Positions 1 to 10,900 of a DNA stretch of 64,000 nucleotides are shown piece by piece (within the stretch, counting starts at the first letter, position 1; every line of letters begins with the position of its first letter). The notes beneath the pieces are model-generated. The model made no database searches and was not told the DNA's origin. It saw nothing but the letters and a program-made list of their open reading frames with translations. Position numbers and translations under genes: made by a program. The stretch is from an uncultured delta proteobacterium (GTDB lineage Bacteria > Desulfobacterota > Binatia > DP-6): positions 576,001 through 640,000 of the forward strand of contig CAWFFN010000009.1 of assembly GCA_963815115.1 (NCBI GenBank), read 5' to 3'.

Positions 1-490
1 CATCGACGTCGAGGAGCGCCGCGAGCATGCCGATGCCCGCGATCCCGTCCACGATGCAGTGATGCACCTTCACCAGGAACGCGAAGGCACCATCCGCCAG
101 GCCCTCGATGACCCACGCCTCCCAGAGAGGTCTCCTGCGGTCGAGCGGCCGCTCGAGAATCTCCGCGCAGCGTTGCTGCAGCTGCCTCGTCGAGCCGGGC
201 TTCGGCAGGCTGGCGTGGCGGACGTGGTGTGCGACGTCGAAACGCTCGTCGTCGATCCAGAGCGCGTCCCGCGTGACCGGCAGGTACTGGAGCCGCTGCC
301 GGAAGCGCGGCACGCCGGGCAGGCGCGCGGCCACGTGCTCCCGGATGGAGGCGATGTCGACGCCCCCGCCGCGGCGGGAGGACGGGCCGCGCTCGAAGAT
401 GCCGGTGGCCGCCACGTGCATGTGGGCGTTGGGCGTCTCGAAGCCGAGAAAGCATTCGTCCAGTCCGGAGAGCCGCTCGTAGTTTCCCAT
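1..490 (-). CDS. Wax ester synthase/diacylglycerol acyltransferase (WS/DGAT) family, 3' end runs off the window
   Basis: Manual translation from ATG 490: MGNYERLSGLDECFLGFETPNAHMHVAA...PLWEAWVIEGLADGAFAFLVKVHHCIVDGIAG, with the HHxxxDG motif. Not in the ORF track because it is truncated. Confidence 0.88.
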   Translation of the reverse strand, partial: MGNYERLSGLDECFLGFETPNAHMHVAATGIFERGPSSRRGGGVDIASIREHVAARLPGVPRFRQRLQYLPVTRDALWIDDERFDVAHHVRHASLPKPGSTRQLQQRCAEILERPLDRRRPLWEAWVIEGLADGAFAFLVKVHHCIVDGIAGIGMLAALLDVD

Positions 491-671
491 CGCGATCCCC
501 GGAGGTCAGAGCAACGGTCGTGCCGCCGGCGCCGGGTTCCGGGCGGGTCCCGGCCCGCGGAAGGGTCTCCGGGCGCGACGAAAACGGGCACCGACTGCCC
601 GATTTCCGGGCGTGCGCGCCTCCCCTGTTCTTGCGATCGACGGGCACGCATCCCGCGCCTATCTGGCAGTG

Positions 672-1064
672 ATGCGAACCATCACCGTTGCATTCGCCGT
701 TCTGATCCTGGCCGCCACCCGTGCCGCGGGTGCGCCGACGGTTTACCGCGGCCCGCTCGCCGATCCGTTCTTCCAGCGCGAGGGACGACTGACGGCGCGC
801 GTTCGGGTGAACGGCACGCAGCTCACCGCCGGGCTGCGCTGCCGGGGAGGAACGTGCCTCGTGCGCCGGGGCCGGATCACGGCCAGCTACGACGCTGCCG
901 CCTCCTCCGTGGTCGGCACGCTGCGGGACATCCCGCGGGGGCGTACGTGCGACTTCCGCGGGTCGCTCTACCTGCGTTTCTTCCAGGGCGACGTCGACTG
1001 CGCCCCCGGACAGCTCCCGCAGCGTCCCGGCACGGTCGGCACGTTCTATCTCGAGAAGCCCTGA
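672..1064 (+). CDS. Small secreted hypothetical protein
   Basis: Signal-peptide-like MRTITVAFAVLILAATRAAGA; paired Cys. Confidence 0.6.
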   Translation: MRTITVAFAVLILAATRAAGAPTVYRGPLADPFFQREGRLTARVRVNGTQLTAGLRCRGGTCLVRRGRITASYDAAASSVVGTLRDIPRGRTCDFRGSLYLRFFQGDVDCAPGQLPQRPGTVGTFYLEKP

Positions 1065-1199
1065 GCGTGCGGCGGTGGGAGCAGATCGCGAGGGTCCGCC
1101 CCGCTGCGGGATGGCCCCCGGCACGTCGGTGGTGCAGGGCGATGGCCCCCCGGGAAGGCGGAGGCAGGGCGCCGAGGTGAGGCCTTCGGTCGAATTTCA

Positions 1200-1229
1200 T
1201 TGACGCCGCCCCGATGCGGGACCTACTCT
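1200..1229 (+). promoter_or_regulatory. Sigma70-like promoter
   Basis: TTGACG (1200-1205)-N18-TACTCT (1224-1229), followed by SD-like AGGAGGGAGG and GTG at 1257. Confidence 0.5.
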
Positions 1230-1256
1230 CGGGCGTTCCTTCAGGAGGGAGGTCTC

Positions 1257-1532
1257 GTGGCCAGCGGCTCGGCCTCGCGTCGCGTCCGGTTCCTCGTTGA
1301 GCCCTTCGCGTTCCGACCCGTTTCGGCGCCCCAGGCCCGCGGCGTGTTCCGCGAGCCTGCCGCTGCGACCCGCACGATCTTCAGGGCTCGCGGGCTGTCC
1401 CCGAGCACGATCGTGCCGACGTGTCCCTCCCTGACGCTGACAGCGGGTTTGAAGGCCCTTGCCGCAAGGGGTGGCGGAACGCTGCATCGCCGCTGGTCAC
1501 CCTTGTCTCGCCTTCGGAAGGAGAGAGCATGA
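1257..1532 (+). CDS. Hypothetical 91-aa basic protein
   Basis: Promoter and strong SD upstream of GTG; no recognisable domain. Confidence 0.35.
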   Translation: MASGSASRRVRFLVEPFAFRPVSAPQARGVFREPAAATRTIFRARGLSPSTIVPTCPSLTLTAGLKALAARGGGTLHRRWSPLSRLRKERA

Positions 1533-1635
1533 GAGGTATCTGATCCTCGATGCCAGCGCACCGCCGGCGCCATCGTGACGCCGGCACGCAGTTAATCGAA
1601 GGACGCGTCACGCGCCCGAAGACAGGGGGGATCGC

Positions 1636-3807
1636 ATGAAAATTCTCCGCTTCGCCGTCGTCTTGCTTCTGGCAGCCCTGGTCCGCACCGCGGCTGCCCA
1701 ACCCATCCCGCCACCGCTGACCGCGACGATCGTCAACTTCGACGATATCGTCGGGGCGCCGGACAACGCGTTCGCGGTCGCTCCGGTGCTTCCGCCTGGC
1801 ATGTACGCCTCCCAGGGGGTCATCATCGCCGGCTTCGGGACGAACGGAGGGGCGGTGTTCAACCTGGCCACCAGCACCGGCGATGCGACGGCGTTCCTCT
1901 CGCCGCCCAACGCGCTGACGTTCGTCAGCATAACCGTCAACACCGCAGGGGGGCTGGTGCAGAGTCCGGAGACCCTGTCCTTCTACCCTGCGATCACGTC
2001 CTTCCAGTTCGACTCCTTCACGGCCGGCGTCGATTGCCAGGGGACCTCGATCGTGACCTCCCAGGGGTTCGATGCCGACGGCAACCTGCTCGGCACGGTC
2101 ACGCAGACGATCCCGGAGACGGGCACCACGGTGGCCCAGACCTTCCCGGCGCCCGGAGCCACGACGGTCGTCATCACGAGCAGCCATGCGTGCGGCTTCC
2201 CCCCCAGCCCCTTCGCCGGGCTCGAGCTCTTCACGATGGACAACATCGCCTTCGTGCCCGTGGGCACCGGCGCGCCGAGCAAGTGCGCGCAGGGCGAGAT
2301 CGACGCCGCCGGCAAGAAGGCCAAGGCCATCGCGAGCTGCTACTCCAAGGCACTCCAGAAGGGCCTCGAGGTCGATCAGAACTGCATCCAGAAGGCCGTC
2401 AACGCCTTCAACAGCGGCATCACCAAGTCGCAGGACAAGGGCGACTGCCTGGTCGGGGGCCGGCACGGTGACAACCAGGACGTCGGCGCGCTCGAGGCCG
2501 CCGTCGACAGCCTGATCGCGAGCAGCCTCCAGATCGTGACCGGCGGGCAGCCGGGACCCAGCATCTGCTTCGGTAAGAAGATGAGCTCGATCGGCAAGAA
2601 GGCCCAGGCCATCGCGAAGTGCTGGTCGAAGGCGGCGCAGAGCGGCGCGGGCTCCGACGAGGCGTGCGCCCAGAAGGCGGCCAGCTCGTTCAACGGGTCG
2701 CTCAAGACGTGCGGCACTCCGACCCAGCTCGCCCCGCTCGAGTTCCTGATCGACCAGTTCGGGACCGCCTTCTCCCGGAGCGTGACGGTGCCGACGACCA
2801 CCACGACCACGACGACCACGAGCACCACCACCACGACGGAGCCGCCGCCGCTCCCGACCCACCTGTCGTTCACCACGACGGTGGGCTCCGACTGCACCCA
2901 GGGCGGGGCGGGGCCGTTCTCCGGCCAGCTGTCCTCCGACACGGCCGGCACGATGCCGATCCTGTCCCTCGGTCTCGGCTGCCTCTATGTCGGCGCCGGC
3001 GCGTCGACGGAGCCGCCGTCCCTGATCCCCGAGAACGCCACCTCGATCCTCAACACGTCGGACGGCGTCAACCTCGTCGCCAGCCTCGGCACCAGCCGGG
3101 CGGATTGCACCACCGGCCCGCAGCCGACCCAGCACTGCGTCAACGACCCGTCGATCGAGTGCACGTCCGACGCCGACTGCGCCGGAGCCCCGGGCGGCTG
3201 CGCCCAGGATCCCACCTGCTTCTTCGGACCGCCCGTTCCGGTCAGCGGCTTCCCGACCACCTGCGTCGTCAACACGTTCGCGCAGGACGCGTCCGGCACG
3301 GTCGATCTCGCCACCGGCGACTCCTCCATCAGCATCAACCTCGGGTCGCGGGTCTTCCTGACTCTCGGGCAGCCGTCGGTGTGCCCGCAGTGCCAGGGCG
3401 GCTTCTGCAACTACGGCGACAACATCGGTCAGCCCTGCACCACGAGCAACGTGAACCAGACGAGCCTCGACTGCATGCCGGGTGCCGGAACCTTCGTGGC
3501 GACCTTGCCCGTCAACCTGACCCCGCTCATCAACGGCACCAACACCCAGACGGCCGCGGACGGGATCTTCTGTCCCGCCCAGGGCCAGACGAGTCCTGGT
3601 GCCTTCGGCCAGGCCGCCACGCAGGCGATCTCCCAGACGGGCGCGCCCGGTGGCGATCTCACGGATGGACTGCCGCATCCGTCCACCCTCGTGAGCATCT
3701 TCTGCATCCCGAAGACCAACAACCCGTCGGTCGACGGGATCGCGGATCTGCCCGGTCCGGGGACCATCAGCCTGCCCGGAAACGCGCAGTACGTCGTCGT
3801 TCCCTAG
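1636..3807 (+). CDS. Secreted Cys-rich protein with Thr-rich linker
   Basis: Signal peptide MKILRFAVVLLLAALV; Cys-paired helical repeats; poly-Thr linker; GC3-rich codon usage. Confidence 0.85.
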   Translation: MKILRFAVVLLLAALVRTAAAQPIPPPLTATIVNFDDIVGAPDNAFAVAPVLPPGMYASQGVIIAGFGTNGGAVFNLATSTGDATAFLSPPNALTFVSITVNTAGGLVQSPETLSFYPAITSFQFDSFTAGVDCQGTSIVTSQGFDADGNLLGTVTQTIPETGTTVAQTFPAPGATTVVITSSHACGFPPSPFAGLELFTMDNIAFVPVGTGAPSKCAQGEIDAAGKKAKAIASCYSKALQKGLEVDQNCIQKAVNAFNSGITKSQDKGDCLVGGRHGDNQDVGALEAAVDSLIASSLQIVTGGQPGPSICFGKKMSSIGKKAQAIAKCWSKAAQSGAGSDEACAQKAASSFNGSLKTCGTPTQLAPLEFLIDQFGTAFSRSVTVPTTTTTTTTTSTTTTTEPPPLPTHLSFTTTVGSDCTQGGAGPFSGQLSSDTAGTMPILSLGLGCLYVGAGASTEPPSLIPENATSILNTSDGVNLVASLGTSRADCTTGPQPTQHCVNDPSIECTSDADCAGAPGGCAQDPTCFFGPPVPVSGFPTTCVVNTFAQDASGTVDLATGDSSISINLGSRVFLTLGQPSVCPQCQGGFCNYGDNIGQPCTTSNVNQTSLDCMPGAGTFVATLPVNLTPLINGTNTQTAADGIFCPAQGQTSPGAFGQAATQAISQTGAPGGDLTDGLPHPSTLVSIFCIPKTNNPSVDGIADLPGPGTISLPGNAQYVVVP

Positions 3808-3829
3808 CCTAGTCCCGTAGTGCGGACCT

Positions 3830-3860
3830 GCCGGCGCCGGTCATCCCGATCGGCGCCGGC
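3830..3860. terminator. GC-rich hairpin between convergent genes
   Basis: GCCGGCGCCGGTC-ATCCC-GATCGGCGCCGGC. Confidence 0.4.
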
Positions 3861-3884
3861 GGGTTCGTGTAGCGTGCAGCGGTC

Positions 3885-4916
3885 CTACGCCGTTGCGATG
3901 CGGAGGACCGCACCGTCCGCCGTGCGCGCGGCATCCAGCACGAGAAAGCGGTCGTGCGTGCCGAGACAGCCCTCCCAGAGACCGCTCCACGCCGCGAACG
4001 TCGCCCCGGTCGCAGCAGGCACGTTCCGGAGAAGCCGCGGGTCGCTCCAGACCACGACGATCGAGTTGCCTTCCTGCGCCGTGGTCGCCGGAACGTCCTC
4101 GCCCGCCGCCATCGCCTCGAGGAAGCGCGCGAAACCGGTTGCGCCTTCCGCTGGCGTGGCGAGATCGCGCTGGACCTGGCGGTAGAGCTGGCGGCCGATG
4201 AGACGCGCGGCGAGCCGCGCCAGCGCCGCCCCCTCGTCGCCGAGATAGCGGAGCAGCTCCGTCAGGCCGTTGGCGAGGTAGTCCATGGCGTAGTTGCGAT
4301 GCGCGCGCGCCAGCCGCTCGGGAGTCCAGACGCTCGGGTCGAGGCGGGGGGCCCGCTCGGGATCGAAGCGAGCGGGGCGTTCGTCGGGACGGAAGCGCAG
4401 GCGCTCGTCGTCGCCGAGGTCGCGATGCTCCTCGATGAAGTAGCCGCTGAAGCCGTACTGCGCGGTCATGTCCTGGCTCGTGCACACGAACCCGAGACGC
4501 GGATTGCCGAGGCTCGGGCCGTTCTGCGCATACCAGCCGCGCAGGTAGCCGTGGCTGACGCTCTCCGGCACGCCGCACAACGCAGTGCCCTGGTAGATCC
4601 AGCGCGGATGCGGGAAGCGCACCCAGGCCTTGCGATCACTCTCCGGCATGTACTCGACCTCGACGCCGCCGATCCGGTTCGAGAGGTAGTGATAGCGGGC
4701 GCAGGCGACCGCGTGCGGCAGGTCGGCGAGACCGAGCTTCGCGAAGCTCGCGAGGAACTTGTCCTCGTGCTGGCGGCGGAAGGTCCGCCGCACCCATTCC
4801 CCGACGACGGTCTCGCCCTTGCGGCTCGCGACCATCAGGATCAGGCCGGTGAACCAGGCGTGGTACAGGCTCGCGACGGCGCCTCGGGCGCCGGCCGGCG
4901 CGGTCGGCTCGCTCAT
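3885..4916 (-). CDS. Conserved hypothetical protein
   Basis: 343-aa ORF with natural amino-acid composition; function not recognised. Confidence 0.75.
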   Translation of the reverse strand: MSEPTAPAGARGAVASLYHAWFTGLILMVASRKGETVVGEWVRRTFRRQHEDKFLASFAKLGLADLPHAVACARYHYLSNRIGGVEVEYMPESDRKAWVRFPHPRWIYQGTALCGVPESVSHGYLRGWYAQNGPSLGNPRLGFVCTSQDMTAQYGFSGYFIEEHRDLGDDERLRFRPDERPARFDPERAPRLDPSVWTPERLARAHRNYAMDYLANGLTELLRYLGDEGAALARLAARLIGRQLYRQVQRDLATPAEGATGFARFLEAMAAGEDVPATTAQEGNSIVVVWSDPRLLRNVPAATGATFAAWSGLWEGCLGTHDRFLVLDAARTADGAVLRIATA

Positions 4917-5093
4917 GCCCGAGGGTGGATCGGCCGGGCCGTCGTGCGCAAGTCGAAGATCGGGCGAGGGTGCACGTGGAGGCGCCGCGGCCCCCTGGCC
5001 CGGTCGAGCCTGGGTGCGCGAAGAGCCTTCCCAAACCTGCCCGATCGGTGATGGATATCAGGCCGAGTCATCGGCCCTGGAAAGGGGACCCAC

Positions 5094-5591
5094 ATGAGAG
5101 CGAAGGTGACGCTCCTGACGGCAACCTTGCTGTTCGCCGTCGCCGCCCACGCCGCGACCGACCCGGCCGACCGCTGTACCGCGGCGAAGATCAAGGCCGC
5201 AGGGAAGAAGACCGAAAGCAAACTCAAGTGCCAAGCGACCGCCGCGCAGCGCCACATGTCCGTCGACCAGGCGTGCCTCATGAAAGCCGAGGAGAAATTT
5301 CACGCCGCCTGGATGAAGGCCGAGGCGAAGGGAGGGTGCGTGCACACGCAGGACGAGGGTGCGGTCGAAGCCAGCGTCGACGCCTGCGTCGGCAACGTGC
5401 TGGCGGCCGTCAGTCCGTGCGGTGTGGGGCCGGGCGGCGTATGCGGGGGCAGCTGTCCCTTCCCGCTGCGTTGCTTCGCCATCGGCACCGGCTGCTTCGG
5501 AGAACCCGAACCCTGCCGATGCCACAGCTCGACGACGACATGTCCCACCTCCACTTCGACCAGCTCGACGACGTCCACCACCGTGCCGTGA
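5094..5591 (+). CDS. Small secreted Cys-rich protein with Thr/Ser tail
   Basis: Signal peptide; CTAAKIKAAGKK module resembling that in 1636..3807. Confidence 0.8.
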   Translation: MRAKVTLLTATLLFAVAAHAATDPADRCTAAKIKAAGKKTESKLKCQATAAQRHMSVDQACLMKAEEKFHAAWMKAEAKGGCVHTQDEGAVEASVDACVGNVLAAVSPCGVGPGGVCGGSCPFPLRCFAIGTGCFGEPEPCRCHSSTTTCPTSTSTSSTTSTTVP

Positions 5592-5655
5592 ACGGCGCGC
5601 GCGCACCGGCGGCCCGTTTGGCGACCGGGACGTTCCTCTGCCACCATGCCCCGGC

Positions 5656-6423
5656 ATGACGGCCACCGATCCGCAGCTCGCATACAAGGACGAAGCGTTC
5701 CTCGACGGTGCCGCAGCGCGTCCGCTTCGCATCCTCGCCGAGTATCTCCAGCCCCTGCACGCGTTCGAGCAGCAGTGCGTTCACGACACCATCGTGTTCT
5801 TCGGGTCCGCCCGGTTGCGCGCCGACGGACCCCTCGGGCGCTACTACACGGAGGCGCGCGAGCTGGCTCGCCTGGTGACCGAGTGGTCGCTCGGCATCCC
5901 GTCGCCGGCGCGCCGCTTCCTCGTCTGCACCGGCGGCGGAGGGAGCATCATGGAGGCCGCGAATCGCGGCGCGGTCGAGTCGGGCGGACGCACGATCGGG
6001 CTCAACATCGGCCTCCCGAACGAGCAGCGTCCGAACCCGTACATCACGCCCGGCCTCGGATTCGAGTTTCACTACTTCTTCATGCGCAAGCTCTGGTTCG
6101 CGCACCTCGCGCGCGCCATCGTCGTCTTCCCCGGCGGTTTCGGGACGCTCGACGAGCTGTTCGAGATCCTGACCCTCTGCCAGACCCGCAAGCTGGAGCG
6201 GCCGATCGTGACCCTGCTGTACGGGCCGGAGTACTGGCGCGAGATCGTGAATTTCCCGGCGCTCGTCCGCCACGGGATGATCTCGGAGGAGGACCTCGGC
6301 TTGCTCGACTTCGTCGACACGCCGGCGGAGGCGGTCGGCCGGCTTCGTGCCGCGCTGGGAAGCGAGGGCGCGACCGGGGCGCCGTCCTTCGCCCGCTCCC
6401 GGACCTGCGAGAGCGCGGGGTGA
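5656..6423 (+). CDS. LOG family (TIGR00730-like) nucleotide phosphoribohydrolase
   Basis: FGSAR, TGGGGSIMEAANRGA, FHYFFMRK and PGGFGTLDE motifs. Confidence 0.9.
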   Translation: MTATDPQLAYKDEAFLDGAAARPLRILAEYLQPLHAFEQQCVHDTIVFFGSARLRADGPLGRYYTEARELARLVTEWSLGIPSPARRFLVCTGGGGSIMEAANRGAVESGGRTIGLNIGLPNEQRPNPYITPGLGFEFHYFFMRKLWFAHLARAIVVFPGGFGTLDELFEILTLCQTRKLERPIVTLLYGPEYWREIVNFPALVRHGMISEEDLGLLDFVDTPAEAVGRLRAALGSEGATGAPSFARSRTCESAG

Positions 6424-7895
6424 AGGCGGCGTCCCGGGAATCCGAGCGCGCGCTGCTCCTGCGCGTTGCGCGACGGTCGATGATCGAGCACGGGCTGGAG
6501 CCCGACTTCCCGCCTGCCGCGCTGGCCGAGGCCGGGGCGCTGTCCGACGGCGCGGGCACCCGCGACGGCGCCGCTCGCGACCTGCGCAGCCTTCCCTGGT
6601 GCTCGATCGACAACGACGACTCCCGCGATCTGGACCAGCTCACCGTGGCGGACACCCCGTCCCGCGGCTGCACCACGATCCGCGTGGCGGTTGCCGACGT
6701 GAGCGCAACCGTGGCGCCGGGGTCGGCGCTCGACCGGCACGCCCGCACCAACACCACGTCGGTCTACACACCGCCCCGCAACTTCCCGATGCTACCCGAC
6801 CGGTTGAGCACCGACCTGACGTCGCTCAATCCAGCCGTGGACCGTCTCGCGGTGGTGGTGGAGATCGCGGTCGGCGACGACGGCGTCTGCGGTGATGCGC
6901 AGGTCTACCGCGCCCTCGTGCACAACCACGCGAAGCTCGCCTACCATGCCGTCGGGGCGTGGCTGGAGGGCGGTGGCGTCCTGCCGCCGGCGGTCGCGGC
7001 CGTTCCCGGTCTCGCGGAGAACCTGAAGCTCCAGGACGGGGTGGCGCAACGCCTGAAGGCACACCGGCACGATCACGGAGCGCTCGAGCTGGAGACCACG
7101 GAGGTGCGGGCGGAGTTCGAGGGCGACACCGTGAGCGGGCTCGCGGCCGAGAAGCCCAACCGCGCCAGGAATCTGATCGAGGACTTCATGATCGCGGCCA
7201 ACGGGAGCATCGCCCGCTTCCTCGAGGCGCAGCGGTTCCCCGTCCTGCGCCGGGTCGTGCGCTCGCCCCAGCGCTGGCAGCGCATCGTCGCCCTCGCGGG
7301 CGAGCTCGGCGAGCGGCTGCCGGGGGAGCCCGACGCGCCCGCGCTCGACGCGTTCCTCCTGAAGCGACGGGCGGCCGATCCGCTCCGCTTTCCCGATCTC
7401 TCGCTGACGATCATCAAGCTCCTCGGACGCGGCGAGTACATGGCGAGCTTCCCGGGCCAGGCCGTCGCCGGACACTTCGGCCTCGCCGTCAGCGAGTACA
7501 CGCACTCGACCGCCCCCAACCGGCGCTATCCGGATCTCGTGACCCAGCGTCTGGTCCGGGCGGTGCTCGCCCGGCAGCAGGTCCCGTACGGTCGGGACGA
7601 GCTCGGCGCCCTCGCCGCGGAGTGCACGACCAAGGAGGATGGCGCGCAGAAGGTGGAGCGCATGGTCAGGAAGGCCGCGGCCGCGTGTCTGCTGACCAGC
7701 CGGATCGGCCAGCAGTTCGACGGCGTCGTGACCGGCGCTTCGCCGAAGGGCACATGGGTTCGCGTCTTCGACCCGCCGGTGGAGGGTCGCGTCGAGCGCG
7801 GCGAGGAGGGGCTCGACGTGGGCGACCGCGTGCGCGTCCGGCTCGTGCACACGAATCCGGAGCGCGGCTTCATCGACTTCGTACGGGTCTTCTAG
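6420..7895 (+). CDS. RNB-domain exoribonuclease (RNase II/R-like) with C-terminal S1
   Basis: SIDNDDSRDLDQ, LIEDFMIAAN and YTHSTAPNRRYPDL motifs; GTG overlaps the LOG stop. Confidence 0.9.
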   Translation: MKAASRESERALLLRVARRSMIEHGLEPDFPPAALAEAGALSDGAGTRDGAARDLRSLPWCSIDNDDSRDLDQLTVADTPSRGCTTIRVAVADVSATVAPGSALDRHARTNTTSVYTPPRNFPMLPDRLSTDLTSLNPAVDRLAVVVEIAVGDDGVCGDAQVYRALVHNHAKLAYHAVGAWLEGGGVLPPAVAAVPGLAENLKLQDGVAQRLKAHRHDHGALELETTEVRAEFEGDTVSGLAAEKPNRARNLIEDFMIAANGSIARFLEAQRFPVLRRVVRSPQRWQRIVALAGELGERLPGEPDAPALDAFLLKRRAADPLRFPDLSLTIIKLLGRGEYMASFPGQAVAGHFGLAVSEYTHSTAPNRRYPDLVTQRLVRAVLARQQVPYGRDELGALAAECTTKEDGAQKVERMVRKAAAACLLTSRIGQQFDGVVTGASPKGTWVRVFDPPVEGRVERGEEGLDVGDRVRVRLVHTNPERGFIDFVRVF

Positions 7896-7906
7896 CTCGC
7901 CTCGCC

Positions 7907-10900
7907 TCACGCGTAGTTGTGCCCCACCGGCATCCGCTCCGGCGCTTCGAGCCTGCGCAGCCGGAGCGCGCGGACGTGCGTGACGCCGTCGCGGTGCTCG
8001 AGCAGGCCCTGCACCTCGAGCAGCGCGGAGGTGTTCAGCAGCACGCGCCAGCGCTCGTAGAGCGGCGGGGTGAGGCAGGCGTTGGCGGTGCCCGTCTCGT
8101 CCTCCAGCGTCAGGAAGCACATGCCCTTCGCGGTGCCCGGTCGCTGGCGGACGATGACGTGGCCGGCCACGCGCACCGCCGAGCCGTCGCGGACGCGCGC
8201 CAGGTCGGCCGCGGCGTGAACGCCGCGCGCGGTCAGCCCGGAGCGAAGGTAGGACATGACGTGCGGACCGACGGTGAGGCTCGTGGTGGTGTAGTCCGCC
8301 GCGGTCTCGTCGTACGGCGTCATGGACGGCAGCGGGCTCTTCACCACGGGCGGCAGCACGCGGGCGAGGAGGCTGGTGGCGTCGCGCTCGACGGCCGCCG
8401 CCTGCCAGAGAGCGTCGCGGCGCGCGAGGCCGAAAGCGGACAGAGCGCCGCAATGGGCGAGCGCTTCGAGCTCGTTCTTGCGCAGCATGCCGCGCTGCGC
8501 GACCTCGGCCACGGACGCGAGTGGCCGCGCGGCCACGAGGCGCTCGCCGCTCTCCTGTCGCAGTCCCATGACGTAGCGCAAGCCGATGCGCACCGCGCCG
8601 TCCTCGATGGTGCACTTCCACGCCGAGCGCGTGACGTCCACCGGCAGGAATCGCACACCGTGACGCTGGCCGTCCTTCACCAGCGTGGCGGGATGGTAGA
8701 ACCCCATCGGGTAGGCGTTGAGCAGCCCGCAGCAGAAGGCGGCGGGATGATGCGCCTTCAGGTACGCCGAGGCGTAGGCGATGAGCGCGAAGCTCGCGGC
8801 GTGGGAGTTGTGGACTACGAAGTCGTTGGCAAGGAAGTTGTGGTCGCCTTCGATCTGGAGGTCGTAGGTCTCGCGAATGCCGACGGGCTCGATGGCCACC
8901 ACCCGGTCCCAGTAAACATCCGACCGTGAGAGACGGGCCAGGTCCGGAGAGTCGAAGTATTCGGCCAGGCGCTCGATGACCCATCGGCGATATCCCCGCT
9001 TCGAGACGTCGGGGGAGGCAGCGGTTCGCGAGGCGAGCCCTGCACCGTGACCGACCTGCGTCCACGTCAAGCACCGGCTCCGGCGCTCGCGATCCACCAG
9101 CGCGTTCACCTCGACGGGGATGACGTCTCGTGAAGCACGAACCGACCCCATCGATGCCGCCAACGTTTCGATCATCCTGCGCTTCTGCGGGCTGAGGAAA
9201 TGGCATCCGACATGGTGATGGAACCGGCGGAGGTTTTCTCTGCCGGTGATCGTCACGGTGAAGGCGGTCACCGTTCGCTCGCGATACGGACGCGTGCGTT
9301 CGTACACACGCGACACGATGCCGAGTCGCAGCAGCGCGTGCTGCACGTCTTCGGCCAGCCGGCGTGATGCGGTGTCGTACGATGCATGGGCGGTGTTCGA
9401 GATATGACCATCGCCATCCCACAGCCTTGCGAGCAGCAGACCGAGACAGGCCACGTCGAGCTCGAACACCGCGTCGGGGAGATGCTTCGCGTGTGAATCG
9501 AGGCCCCACAGGCCGAGTCGTCTCACCCATTCCACCGCTCCAATCGGTCGCGAGGGATCCCGGCGACGGACGTGTACGCTGTAGCAGCTTCGATGGCGGC
9601 GGATGGTCGCTCGGGTGTTGTCGAATCGCTGGACGGCCCCGACGAACTCGTCGCGGTGCTGCACATCGGTCGTGTAGAAGTAAAACGTGCTGGGGTGGCA
9701 CAGGTTCCCTTCCGCGACGAGTCCGGCGAGCACGATCAGCTCATGCCGATGCCATCGCGTACGTCCCAACGGTGGCAGCGACCGTGCCGCGGCCACATGA
9801 TCGCCCGCGCCGAGCTCGCCGAGCTTGCGCCATCCCGTGACGGTGAGAAACGGGTGTTCGGCGGTGGCCGTGATCCGACGGCCGAGGCAGGTGCGCAGCC
9901 GGTAGACCATCTTGCATCCGCTGGCGATCGCCCTGACCACGCGGCGTCGTTGCAGGCGGAGGTCCGCGTCGCAGGCGAGCGTGGTGGCGACCGGCACGCG
10001 ACCCGTCGCGATGTCCTCGATCGCGACGGAGCGGCCGGTATCAGCGTCGATCACGCGTGTCTCGCCCCCGATGCACTCCGGGAAGCCGTAGAGCGCGAAG
10101 GAGGTGATCGACTGCACGATCTCGTCCTGCGCCGCGCCGGTGATGCCGCGGGCCGCCATGCCGTCGCGCAGGCGCTCCTCGATCTCGCGCATGCGCGCCA
10201 CCGAGCGCTTGAAGCCCATGGCGCGGCGCAGCTCCTCGGCCTCGCCGCCGGTGAAGCCGGCGACCGCCATCGCCATGCGCAGCAGCTGCTCCTGGAAGAG
10301 CGGCACGCCGAGCGTGCGCTGCAGGATCGGCTCGAGCTAGGGGTGCGCGTAGCTGACCGGCTCGCGGCCTCGTGCGCCGCCGGAGGTAGGGATGCACCAT
10401 CTGCCCGACGATCGGTCCGGGGCGGATGATCGCCACCTCGACGACGAGATCGTAGAAGCGCTCCGGCCGCATGCGCGGCAGGGTCGCCATCTGCGCGCGG
10501 CTCTCGACCTGGAAGACGCCGATGGTGTCGGCGGCGCGCAGCATGCCGTAGGTCGTGGGATCGTCGGGCGGCAGGTGCGCGAGGTCGAGCGCGACGCCCT
10601 CGTGCTCGCGTATCAGCGGGATGGCCTCCTCGAGCACCGCCATCATGCCGAGGCCGAGCAGGTCGACCTTGATGATGCCGAGATCGGCGCAGTCGTCCTT
10701 GTCCCACTGCACGACGACGCGCCCGGGCATCGCGGCGGGCTCGAGCGGCACCACCTCGTCGAGCCGGCCGGCGGCGATCACCATGCCGCCGGAGTGCTGG
10801 CCGAGGTGGCGCGGCAGGTTCTGGATCTGCTGCGACCAGATCGACCAGCAGCGCGACGCGCGGCGACCCGGGGTCGACGCCGCCGTTGCGCAGCTGCGCC

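Noticed and set aside
2790-2840. ACC/ACG tandem repeats (also near 37625-37690)
   Set aside because: They encode poly-Thr linkers inside secreted proteins and are not independent repeat elements
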